Below are positions 51,778-60,175 of a stretch of DNA of 64,000 bases, piece by piece. A program made the translations under genes and the position numbers. The stretch spans positions 12,431 to 76,430 of the forward strand of contig CANKWU010000005.1 of NCBI GenBank assembly GCA_947487385.1, in the 5' to 3' direction. Position 1 is the first letter of the stretch. Each line of letters opens with the position of its first letter. Source of the stretch: Spartobacteria bacterium. Lineage in GTDB: Bacteria; Verrucomicrobiota; Verrucomicrobiia; Chthoniobacterales; UBA6821. The notes under the pieces are model-generated. The model saw only the letters and a list, made by a program, of their open reading frames with translations, searched no databases and had not been told where the DNA came from.

Positions 51778-52323
51778 ATGAATACGCACCAAGAAATCAT
51801 CCTCAAGCGCGATACCGACGCGATCCAGATCCCGAGTGGCAATCCTCTCCAGCTTCCCGCCGGCACCAAGGTCATGGTCACTCAGTCCCTGGGCGGCACC
51901 TACACCGTGGCGACCCCCGGAGGGCTTGCCCGTATCGATGAGAAGGATGCCGATGCCCTCGGCCTCGAGGCCTCAACTGCCCCAGCTCCTTCCAAGACAG
52001 CCGTCGAAGGATCGCTGGAAGAAGCGGTTTGGAATCAACTGAAGACCGTCTTTGATCCAGAAATTCCCGTTAATGTCGTCGACTTGGGTCTCATCTACGA
52101 ATGCCAACTTCAGCATCCTGAAGAAGGAGTCACCAAGGCCCATGTGAAGATGACCTTGACAGCCCCAGGTTGCGGCATGGGTCCCACCATTGCTGCCGAT
52201 GCCCGAGGCAAGATCCTGACCCTAGAGGGAATCGACGAGGCCGAAGTGGAACTAGTCTGGGATCCCGCTTGGAACCAGAGCATGATCAGCGAGGCTGGGC
52301 GCATGAAGCTCGGTTTGGTGTGA
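51778..52323 (+). CDS. sufT: SufT-like Fe-S assembly protein (DUF59/PaaD-like C-terminal domain)
   Basis: 181 aa; 'VWNQLKTVFDPEIPVNVVDLGLIY', 'MTLTAPGCGMGP'; N-terminal ~80-aa SufT-type extension. Confidence 0.75.
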   Translation: MNTHQEIILKRDTDAIQIPSGNPLQLPAGTKVMVTQSLGGTYTVATPGGLARIDEKDADALGLEASTAPAPSKTAVEGSLEEAVWNQLKTVFDPEIPVNVVDLGLIYECQLQHPEEGVTKAHVKMTLTAPGCGMGPTIAADARGKILTLEGIDEAEVELVWDPAWNQSMISEAGRMKLGLV

Positions 52324-52488
52324 ACCGCCAAAAGCAGCTTGTTGAATGGGTGAAAAGTTGAACTTAGCGATTCTAGAAGATGATAGACGCGGACACTTAA
52401 CCCTTTTAACTTCTCCACTCTACAACTTGTTCACTTCGGGTATTTTTCAGTTGCCTTATCACTTTCACTTATCCATATTCCATGCCCC

Positions 52489-52644
52489 ATGAGCCAACAT
52501 CCCAGCCTTAAAGGAAGCAGCACGATCGCTGCAAAACGCAGCGTGCTGAAGCGCTATGAGCGCGTTGAACTGCTCAAGAAGCGTGGTCAGTTCAAAGCCG
52601 GACAGCGCGTCATCGGCCTGCCCAAAACCAAACCCGAAGCCTGA
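52489..52644 (+). CDS. Small basic protein (51 aa)
   Basis: Absent from the ORF track (under 60 aa). 'MSQHPSLKGSSTIAAKRSVLKRYERVELLKKRGQFKAGQRVIGLPKTKPEA' resembles the ~50-aa small basic protein family I recall from Verrucomicrobia, Planctomycetes and Chlamydiae annotations. Confidence 0.6.
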   Translation: MSQHPSLKGSSTIAAKRSVLKRYERVELLKKRGQFKAGQRVIGLPKTKPEA

Positions 52645-52689
52645 TCCCTTTACCGGATCATTCTTCTGAAGGTAAGCCGGTTCCATCCG

Positions 52690-53663
52690 GTGACTCCCCA
52701 AGCATCAGGCGCACCCCAAAAGAGACGGGTCTGCGCCTGAATCGTTTTCTAGCCGCTGCCAGCCTTGGTTCCCGCCGCTCCTGCGAGGAACTGATCCTTA
52801 AGGGAAGCGTCTCTATCAATGGATCCGTCTGCCGCGATCTCTCGACCCGTGTCGTGTCGGAGGATGATGTGCGGCTGAGTGGGCGCGTCATTCATGCCTT
52901 TGCCCCCCGGACGATCCTACTCAACAAACCGGCCGGCTACACCTGCACTCGCAGCGACAAGCACGCCGAACGTACCATTTTTGACCTACTACCCTCCGAT
53001 ACGGGACACCTTTTCCATGTCGGTCGCCTCGACAAGGAGAGCGAGGGTCTTCTGCTGCTGACAAATGATGGAATTCTGGCCCAGGATCTCATGCATCCCT
53101 CCAAGGGTGTTGATAAAGAATACGAGGTCATCCTCGACAAGACGTTCACCGACCGGGATGCCACCTCACTGCGCCGCGGCACATGGATCGAGGGTTCCGT
53201 AGCCCGCATCGAGTCGGTAAGGAATCTTGCTCCGAACAAGATCCAGATCATCCTGCATCAGGGAATCAAACGTCAGATCCGTGTCATGCTGGGCCAACTG
53301 GGATTCAAGGTGAAACGCCTCAACAGGATCCGCCTAGGTCCCCTAACCCTTCGAGGAGTAAAGCCCGGTAGTTATCGTGATCTGCGCAAGGAGGATCTTG
53401 AAATCCTCCAGCAGGCACTAAAAGCGCCCAAGCCGAAGAAAGAAAAACCTCCTTACCTTCGCAAACCGAGAGCAAAGCCGACTCATGTCTCCAAGGATGA
53501 ACTCTTCTCAGTCATCCCTCCTTCTTCGAAGAAGGCAACAAACTCACCTCGCGCGCAAAAATCGCCCGTAAAACGCTCCGACTCCAAGATGAGCCCTTTT
53601 GCTGCAAAGCGTCCCCGTAAGAGCTCGCCAACTCAGGGAAGGGTTAAAAAAGTTACCGGTTAA
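52690..53663 (+). CDS. rluB: RluB/RsuA-family pseudouridine synthase; 5' end anomalous (apparent frameshift or non-canonical start)
   Basis: Catalytic core 'HVGRLDKESEGLLLLTNDG' lies in ORF 52854..53663. The S4 domain 'LRLNRFLAAASLGSRRSCEELILKGSVSINGSV' (52731-52853) is in the same frame, but no ATG/GTG/TTG lies upstream back to the stop at 52566. An out-of-frame GTG at 52690 would fit after a 1-nt indel near the CCCCAAAA run. Confidence 0.75.
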
Positions 53664-53764
53664 AAAGTTTCGAGAGAGAAATTCGCAGATTCATTGAATT
53701 CATCCCTCTCAAGTGCTTCTTTTTAAGAAATCCACTTTCTAATATACTAACCGATTTTCATTCC

Positions 53765-54160
53765 ATGAAGACCTCGCACTGTACCCTTCCGGGTTGCCCG
53801 CCTGCCTTAGGCCCCTATTCCCTGGCTGTTCAGACCGCGGCACCGCTTCTCTTTGTCTCGGGAATGACCCCATGGGATCCCACGACCGGAAAAGTCGAGC
53901 GTGGGACCATTACAGAGCAGACACGCCTCGTCCTTGAGAACATCAGACGCGTGGTCGAGGGTTCGGGAGCCAATCTTGCTCATGCCGTCTCCTGCCGCGT
54001 CTACCTCAGCAATCTGACCCCCGAGACCTTCAAGGAGATGAACACTGTTTATGCCGAGTATTTCGGCGGCGATCATCCCCCTGCCCGAGCTACGGTCGGC
54101 ACACAGTTGCTTGGCTTCGACGTTGAGATTGAATGCGTGGTCGCACTGGGGAATGACTAA
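53765..54160 (+). CDS. ridA: RidA/YjgF family reactive-intermediate deaminase
   Basis: 131 aa; 'GPYSLAV', 'LFVSGM', 'ARATVGTQLLGFDVEIECV'. Confidence 0.88.
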   Translation: MKTSHCTLPGCPPALGPYSLAVQTAAPLLFVSGMTPWDPTTGKVERGTITEQTRLVLENIRRVVEGSGANLAHAVSCRVYLSNLTPETFKEMNTVYAEYFGGDHPPARATVGTQLLGFDVEIECVVALGND

Positions 54161-54899
54161 TTTCATGAACCGCTCGATCTCAAGACTCAGCCTGCCGCTG
54201 ATCTTGCTTTGCATGCTCTCTTTCTCAGGAATTCTGCGAGCCGAGGAGAATTTTCAGAAAGAGTACATCGTTGTTACCGGAGGCCCCTCCCTAATCGAGT
54301 GGGAGAAGTTCAAGAAGGTGCCTCACGACCACTGGTGGGCCAATTTTGCCCATGCTTCCAGGATACGTCTCGACGAACTTCGCCAGCAATTCGGTCCCGA
54401 GGCCCTAGTCACATGGCTTGTCTACAAGCCTTCGTATATCAGGCGGGGTACCAGGCAGGAAAAGCGCGATCTCATGAACGAACTGAGCTCAATCCAAAAA
54501 AAGACCGGGGCACATCTTGTCTTCTTCAACACTCAAAAGCAGCTGATCGATTACCTCAACGCCGGAAAACCGCGTCATCAGATCAAAATCGCTGATCTCG
54601 AATATTTCGGTCACTCCAATAAATGCTGCTTCATGTTTGATTACAGCAACGAGATCGATAGCGGATCGAAGGTCTGGCTTCACGAGACAGAACTCAAACA
54701 AATCGATCGCAAGGACTTTGCACCCCGTTCCTTTATCAAGAGCTGGGGATGCCACACCGGGGAGAGCATGAGCTCCCTCTGGCGCAGGGCCACCGGTCAA
54801 CGCATGATCGGAGCCATTGGAACCACCGATTACTCCGGTAGTGACGTGCCGGGATGGCATCCGACACTTGGTAGCAGTGAAGGGCGCTGGGTCCAATAA
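54153..54899 (+). CDS. Secreted hypothetical protein
   Basis: Signal peptide 'RLSLPLILLCMLSFSGILRA'. Conserved-looking 'LEYFGHSNK' and 'IKSWGCHTGES'. Start at ATG 54153 (8-nt overlap with ridA) or 54165. Confidence 0.55.
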   Translation: MTNFMNRSISRLSLPLILLCMLSFSGILRAEENFQKEYIVVTGGPSLIEWEKFKKVPHDHWWANFAHASRIRLDELRQQFGPEALVTWLVYKPSYIRRGTRQEKRDLMNELSSIQKKTGAHLVFFNTQKQLIDYLNAGKPRHQIKIADLEYFGHSNKCCFMFDYSNEIDSGSKVWLHETELKQIDRKDFAPRSFIKSWGCHTGESMSSLWRRATGQRMIGAIGTTDYSGSDVPGWHPTLGSSEGRWVQ

Positions 54900-54929
54900 T
54901 GTCCCGAAACTCTTGGGGAAATCATTATC

Positions 54930-55466
54930 GTGAACAACCATGTTCCGGATAACTTTGCCGGCAAGGCACTCATTTATTTGGGAAGGGCAATGATCTTGCG
55001 CTGTCCGGTTTGCGGCAAGTCGCCGGTCTTCGCTCCCCTGATCAAAACTCGATCGCTACGCGACTGGTTCTCACCCTTGGATGGATGTCCACGCTGCGGC
55101 TATCCTTACGAGCGTGAACCCGGTTACTTTCTTGCCTCGACTTGGGTGATTAATTATGGCGCAGGCAGTGTGCTCGGTATCGTCATCTATTTGGCACTGG
55201 ATCTCACCATCCATCCGCCCATCGGCTGGCTGCTTGCCGCTGTCCTGACTCCGATTGTTCTCTTCAATCTTCTCTTCGCTCGCCACTCCAAAACCCTCTT
55301 CATCGCAATCGATCATCTCTCCGATCCCCATGAAAAAGATCCGGGCGAGGATGGCGGAAACCTGCCGAAGCCTGACGCACCGACTAGGGATTCGGGCGGA
55401 CCGGCCAAGCCAACCCCTAAGCCGAATCCAATTCCCGGACCAGAGCCCGAGGTTGCTCACCACTAA
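54930..55466 (+). CDS. DUF983 domain membrane protein
   Basis: Zinc-ribbon-like 'CPVCGKSPVF...CPRCGYPYEREPGYF' followed by two TM helices; Pro-rich C-terminal tail; GTG start. Confidence 0.7.
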   Translation: MNNHVPDNFAGKALIYLGRAMILRCPVCGKSPVFAPLIKTRSLRDWFSPLDGCPRCGYPYEREPGYFLASTWVINYGAGSVLGIVIYLALDLTIHPPIGWLLAAVLTPIVLFNLLFARHSKTLFIAIDHLSDPHEKDPGEDGGNLPKPDAPTRDSGGPAKPTPKPNPIPGPEPEVAHH

Positions 55467-55554
55467 ATCTGCGGCCCATAGGATTCTGGAGCGTCATAAA
55501 CGCAACGGCGCATTGCCAGAGGGATAAAGCTGTTTCTAATATAGTACCCAAGTC

Positions 55555-56730
55555 ATGTCCGAACTTCTCTATCTCGACCACAACGCCACTACTCCGATCG
55601 ACCCCGAGGTGCGCGCCGCAATGCTGCCTTGGATAGAGAATGAATTTGGGAATCCCTCCAGTGTGTATGCGCTGGGACGCCGCGCCGCAGAAGCTCTCAG
55701 TAAAGCCAGGGACCAGGTTGCTTCTCTGGTCGGCGCCCAACCTTCCGAGATTATTTTCAACAGTTGCGGCACCGAAGCGACCAATACGGCTATTCTCTCT
55801 GCCCTTGCCATCGATCCTGACAAGCGCCACATCATTACCTCGGCGGTCGAGCACAGTGCGACCATCAAACTTTGCGAATACCTGGCCACACGAGGATACG
55901 AGATCACCTGGCTACCCGTGGATCAGGAGGGGATCCTTAATCCTGAAAAACTGGTATCTGCCATCACCTCCGACACAGCTGTCGTTTCTCTGCTCTGGGC
56001 GAACAACGAAACAGGTGTCCTCTTCCCCATCGAGGAGATCGTTTCCATCACAACACGCCGGAAAGTTCCACTTCATCTCGACGCCGTGCAGGCCGTGGGA
56101 AAGGTGCCAATCAACCTGGAGGAACTTGGAGTCCAGTATGCCTCCCTCTCGGCTCACAAGCTCTATGCCCCCAAAGGTGTCGGTGCCCTCTATGTGAACC
56201 GTCGCGCTCGCTACACTCCCCTGTTTCGTGGTAGTCAGGAGGAGAGCAAGCGGGGAGGAACTCAGAATGTCGCCTCGATCGTTGCCTTCGGAAAGGCCGC
56301 TGAGTTGGCACAGGCCAACCTCTTGATTGCCGCAGAACGGATCGGAAATCTACGTGACCATTTCGAGCAGACTCTTCTCTCGACAGTCGAAGGGGTGCGA
56401 CGGAATGGCACCGACGAACCACGTCTCCCGAACACCAGCAACCTGACCTTTGCCGGAATCGAGGCCGAGACAGCCCTGCTTCTTTTTGACAAGGAGGGGC
56501 TTTGCTGCTCTGCAGGATCAGCCTGCAGCAGTGGATCAATCAACCCCTCCCATGTCCTCACCGCTATGGGAGTCAGTCGTGACGAGGCTCGTGCAAGCCT
56601 CCGTTTCTCCTTCGGCCGCACAACCACCGAAGTCGAGATCGACCGCGCTCTGGAAATCATCCCCCGGATCGTCGCCAAGCTCCGCGCCGCGAAGCCAACG
56701 GCAGGCTCACTCGTCCACATCAACTCCTGA
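55555..56730 (+). CDS. Cysteine desulfurase (class I, NifS/IscS type)
   Basis: 391 aa; 'LYLDHNATTP', PLP lysine 'SLSAHKLYAPKGVGALY', active-site loop 'CSAGSACSSGS'. Confidence 0.9.
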   Translation: MSELLYLDHNATTPIDPEVRAAMLPWIENEFGNPSSVYALGRRAAEALSKARDQVASLVGAQPSEIIFNSCGTEATNTAILSALAIDPDKRHIITSAVEHSATIKLCEYLATRGYEITWLPVDQEGILNPEKLVSAITSDTAVVSLLWANNETGVLFPIEEIVSITTRRKVPLHLDAVQAVGKVPINLEELGVQYASLSAHKLYAPKGVGALYVNRRARYTPLFRGSQEESKRGGTQNVASIVAFGKAAELAQANLLIAAERIGNLRDHFEQTLLSTVEGVRRNGTDEPRLPNTSNLTFAGIEAETALLLFDKEGLCCSAGSACSSGSINPSHVLTAMGVSRDEARASLRFSFGRTTTEVEIDRALEIIPRIVAKLRAAKPTAGSLVHINS

Positions 56731-56882
56731 TTCCCGAGTTTAACCACAGGGCTCAAGTGGATGAAATGGATGGAAAATAAAGTGAAAAACGGGAATTAAA
56801 AACTTGATTGAAATTCGTTTTTATTTCTCTCGATCATCTTTTATTTTCCTACTAGTCCCTATCTCTCATCCTCTTTATCCCT

Positions 56883-57344
56883 GTGAAACATATCCCCAAT
56901 CTTACTCTCTTTGCGACTCTGGTGCTTACGGGTTGCCTCACCACACCGGTCTCTAAATCGGGAGGCTTGGGATCGGTCACAGTCACCAACTCCAATCCTT
57001 CAGCAATCATTGCGGCGGCGCAGTCGGTATTCCCCAACTACGGCTACTCTACGACATTCGATGGTGACGGGGTAAGCTCGGTCTGCTTTGAGAAGAATTC
57101 CAACAAGATCACCAATATCCTCTGGGGAAGCTACGACAATCCCCAGACACTCCGAGTGAATGTGAAGATCATCCCGATCCCTGGCACCAACAACTACCGG
57201 ATCAGCCCCAAGGTCTCCACAGTCAGCGATGCTGGCGATGCCGGATTTGAGAGCAAACACAAGCTCAATGATCTCTGGGCCTCACAGTTCGGCCCCCTCT
57301 TGGAGAAGGTGGCGGCGCAGGCCTCTGGTGCCGGAGCGCAGTAA
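56883..57344 (+). CDS. Hypothetical lipoprotein
   Basis: Lipobox 'LVLTGC' after a short basic N-terminus; GTG start; no recognised domain. Confidence 0.55.
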   Translation: MKHIPNLTLFATLVLTGCLTTPVSKSGGLGSVTVTNSNPSAIIAAAQSVFPNYGYSTTFDGDGVSSVCFEKNSNKITNILWGSYDNPQTLRVNVKIIPIPGTNNYRISPKVSTVSDAGDAGFESKHKLNDLWASQFGPLLEKVAAQASGAGAQ

Positions 57345-57363
57345 TTCTAAACCTCGTTCCTTG

Positions 57364-57798
57364 ATGGGAGCAGTGACTAATAACTGGCTCTTCTGGTCGC
57401 TGGTTTCAGCCTTTTTTGCAGGCTTAACTGCAATACTGGCTAAAGTCGGTGTGGAAGGAATCAATTCCAACTTAGCCACAGCTATCCGCACTTCCGTAGT
57501 GCTCCTATGCGCATGGTTCATCGTGGCGATCTCAAGAACTCCTGTCTCCCTCTCCACGATTTCACGAAGAACCTGGATTTTCCTGATCCTCTCTGGAATG
57601 GCAACGGCCTTCTCCTAGATCTGCTACTTCCGCGCGCTTGAACTCGGCCTCGCCTCCAAAGTGGCTCCCATCGATAAATTGAGTGTGATCTTCGCCATAG
57701 CCATGGCAGCTATCTTCCTTCATGAACCCGTTTCTTGGCAGCAATGGTCAGGCGGCGCCATGATCATGGGAGGTGCTGTTCTTTTAAGTCTTTTTTAG
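57364..57798 (+). pseudogene. Small EamA-family (single DUF6 domain) transporter interrupted by an in-frame TAG
   Basis: 'NWLFWSLVSAFFAGLTAILAKVG...ILSGMATAFS' then TAG (57616-57618), then 'ICYFRALELGLASKVAPIDKLSVIFAIAMAAIFLHE' in the same frame. Homologues as I recall them have Trp (TGG) at the interrupted position. Confidence 0.7.
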
Positions 57799-57831
57799 GT
57801 CTTTCCAAACCTCTCCTAACAACAGAGCCGC

Positions 57832-58428
57832 CTACTTGCGGGAATCTACCAGCACACACTCCATGCCAGCGGCTTCAGCTGACTGTCGTCCGATTTCCGT
57901 ATCCTCAAAGACAAGGCATCCCGAGGGATTCACTCCAAGACGGCGGGCTGCCTCCAAATAAGGATCCGGCGAGGGTTTTCCATTCTTATAATCCTCTGAG
58001 GTCACAATTGCCTCAAAGAGATGAGTTAATCCCAACCCTTCCAAGGTGGCATGGACCGATTGACGACCTCCGCCTGAAGCCACGGCCAATGGTTTCTTAC
58101 CATGCATGGATTTCGCAATGGCAACGACAGCGTCAATGGGTTGCACCCTAGGGAGAAGTTGATGATAGAGCCCCTCTTTGTGATGGACGATGGTGTTCGG
58201 ATCCATGAAAAGCCCCTGCATTTCATTCAGTGCCTCGACAATCTCGCGGGTGGGACGTCCTCCCCAGCTGTAGTAGAGATCTTCCGGAAGATCTGCCCCG
58301 TGCGGCTCGAGTGCCATCTTCCAGGCGTCGTAATGAAGTTCCATGGTGTCGGCAAGAGTGCCGTCGCAGTCAAAGATGTAGGCGTCGAAATCGCGCTTAG
58401 GAAGTTTAAGGAATTGCATCAAGAACAA
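57832..58428 (-). CDS. HAD-superfamily hydrolase (beta-phosphoglucomutase/phosphatase subfamily IA)
   Basis: Motif I 'YIFDCDGTLADT', motif II 'AVASGG', motif IV 'LVFEDTEIG'. Confidence 0.8.
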   Translation of the reverse strand: MFLMQFLKLPKRDFDAYIFDCDGTLADTMELHYDAWKMALEPHGADLPEDLYYSWGGRPTREIVEALNEMQGLFMDPNTIVHHKEGLYHQLLPRVQPIDAVVAIAKSMHGKKPLAVASGGGRQSVHATLEGLGLTHLFEAIVTSEDYKNGKPSPDPYLEAARRLGVNPSGCLVFEDTEIGRQSAEAAGMECVLVDSRK

Positions 58429-58507
58429 CTAGTCGGACTCTTTCCGTTTGACGAAAAAAAAGCATGCCAGCATTCTTTACAACTATTCCTTTTCTGGAAC
58501 TGCATCC

Positions 58508-58984
58508 ATGCGTCACACCATCTCCATTCTCGTCGAAAACAAATTCGGCGTCCTCACCCGCATCGCGGGTATGTTCAGCGGCCGCGGTTTCAACATCGAC
58601 ACCCTCAACGTCGGCCCGACTCTCGACCCTGAAACATCACGGATGACCATCGTGGTGCGGGGCGATGACAAAGTCCTTGATCAAGTCAACAAGCAGCTCG
58701 ACAAGCTCGTGAATGTCATCAGCGTCGAGGATTTCGGCGAATCTGATTATGTCGACCGAGAACTCGTTCTCATCCGTGTGAAGGCCGACGCCAAGGCGCG
58801 TGCCGAAATCATGCAGATCTGCGACATCTTCCGTGCGAAGATTATCGACGTGCAACCGAAGCGCCTCGCCATCGAGATCACCGGCTCCGAGAGTAAGATC
58901 GACAAGTTCCTCGCTCTCATGGAACAGTTCGGAATCACGGAACTGACCCGCACCGGCAAGATCGCCCTGGCCCGCTCCAAGTAA
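58508..58984 (+). CDS. ilvN: Acetolactate synthase small (regulatory) subunit
   Basis: ACT domain 'MRHTISILVENKFGVLTRIAGMFSGRGFNIDTLNVGPT'. ATG at 58508 preferred over TTG at 58448. Confidence 0.9.
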   Translation: MRHTISILVENKFGVLTRIAGMFSGRGFNIDTLNVGPTLDPETSRMTIVVRGDDKVLDQVNKQLDKLVNVISVEDFGESDYVDRELVLIRVKADAKARAEIMQICDIFRAKIIDVQPKRLAIEITGSESKIDKFLALMEQFGITELTRTGKIALARSK

Positions 58985-59042
58985 CAATCCCTCATCGGCG
59001 ATCAACCCTTTTTAATCACCCAAAAAAAACAACAACCAACCC

Positions 59043-60068
59043 ATGCCTGCTAAAATCTACACCTGCAAAGATGCCGACCTGAAGTTCTTCAAGGGGAAAA
59101 CCTGTGCCGTGATCGGCTTCGGTTCCCAAGGTCACGCCCATGCCCTTAACCTCAAGGAGAGCGGTGTCAAGGTCATCATTGGCCTCTACCCAAAGAGCAA
59201 GAGCCGGGCGGTCGCCAAGAAGCTTGGCTTCGAGGTTTTTGACACGGCCGATGCAGTCAAGAAGGCTGATGTGATCTTTGTGGCCGTCCCCGATCTTACC
59301 ATCCCAGAAGTCTATGAGAAGGACATCGCCCCGAATCTCCACTCGGGCCACACCCTCCTCTTCAGCCACGGCTTTGCGATCCACTTCAAGACGATCCAGC
59401 CTCCAAAGCATGTTGACATCATCATGGTCGCCCCCAAGGGACCCGGCCATACCGTCCGCCGCCAGTATCAGGAGGGAAAGGGTGTCCCCACCCTCATCGC
59501 CATCTACCAGAACAAGAGCGGCAACGCCAAGAAGACTGCCCTCACTTGGGCCAAGGGCATCGGCGGCACACGCGGCGGAGTCTTCGAGACAACCTTCCAA
59601 GAAGAGACCGAGACCGATCTCTTCGGCGAACAGGCCGTTCTCTGCGGTGGCACTGCAGCACTCATCCAGGCTGGATTCGAGACTCTCGTCGAGGCTGGAT
59701 ACCAACCTGAAATGGCCTACTTCGAGGTTCTCCACGAACTCAAACTCATCGTCGATATGATCAACGAGTCCGGTATCAGCGGCATGCGTTTCTCCATCTC
59801 CGAGACCGCGAAGTATGGTGACATCGTCGTCGGACCTAAGGTCATCGATTCCTCCGTGAAGAAGCGTATGAAGAGCGCTCTCAAAGACATTCAGACCGGA
59901 AAATTTGCCAAAGATTGGATCGCCGAAGCCAAGGGCGGAAAGAAGAAGTACACCGCCTTGCTCAAGGCAGGTGAGAAACACCCCATCGAGAAGGTGGGAA
60001 ATCAACTCCGTTCCCGCATGTCCTGGATCAAGAAAAAGAATATCAAGGGAGCCCAGGCCGCTTACTAA
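59043..60068 (+). CDS. ilvC: Ketol-acid reductoisomerase (class I)
   Basis: 341 aa; '[20 protein letters not shown]', '[10 protein letters not shown]', '[12 protein letters not shown]'. Confidence 0.94.
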   Translation: MPAKIYTCKDADLKFFKGKTCAVIGFGSQGHAHALNLKESGVKVIIGLYPKSKSRAVAKKLGFEVFDTADAVKKADVIFVAVPDLTIPEVYEKDIAPNLHSGHTLLFSHGFAIHFKTIQPPKHVDIIMVAPKGPGHTVRRQYQEGKGVPTLIAIYQNKSGNAKKTALTWAKGIGGTRGGVFETTFQEETETDLFGEQAVLCGGTAALIQAGFETLVEAGYQPEMAYFEVLHELKLIVDMINESGISGMRFSISETAKYGDIVVGPKVIDSSVKKRMKSALKDIQTGKFAKDWIAEAKGGKKKYTALLKAGEKHPIEKVGNQLRSRMSWIKKKNIKGAQAAY

Positions 60069-60090
60069 GGAAAAATCATTTCAAAAAGAC

Positions 60091-60126
60091 GGGCGTCCGG
60101 AAGTTTCCTTCCGGATGCCCTTTTTT
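60091..60126. terminator. Rho-independent terminator between convergent ilvC and ppdK
   Basis: GGGCGTCCGGAAG-TTTC-CTTCCGGATGCCC followed by TTTTTT. Confidence 0.8.
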
Positions 60127-60175
60127 ATTCCCGAAACCAGCCGATAAATCAGGGCTGGCCCTGGAGTGAATGGTA

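Noticed and set aside
52465-52701. 78-aa minus-strand ORF from the track.
   Set aside because: It is antisense to a much more plausible 51-codon basic ORF and to the rluB leader. The translation has no features and includes a G/F low-complexity run.
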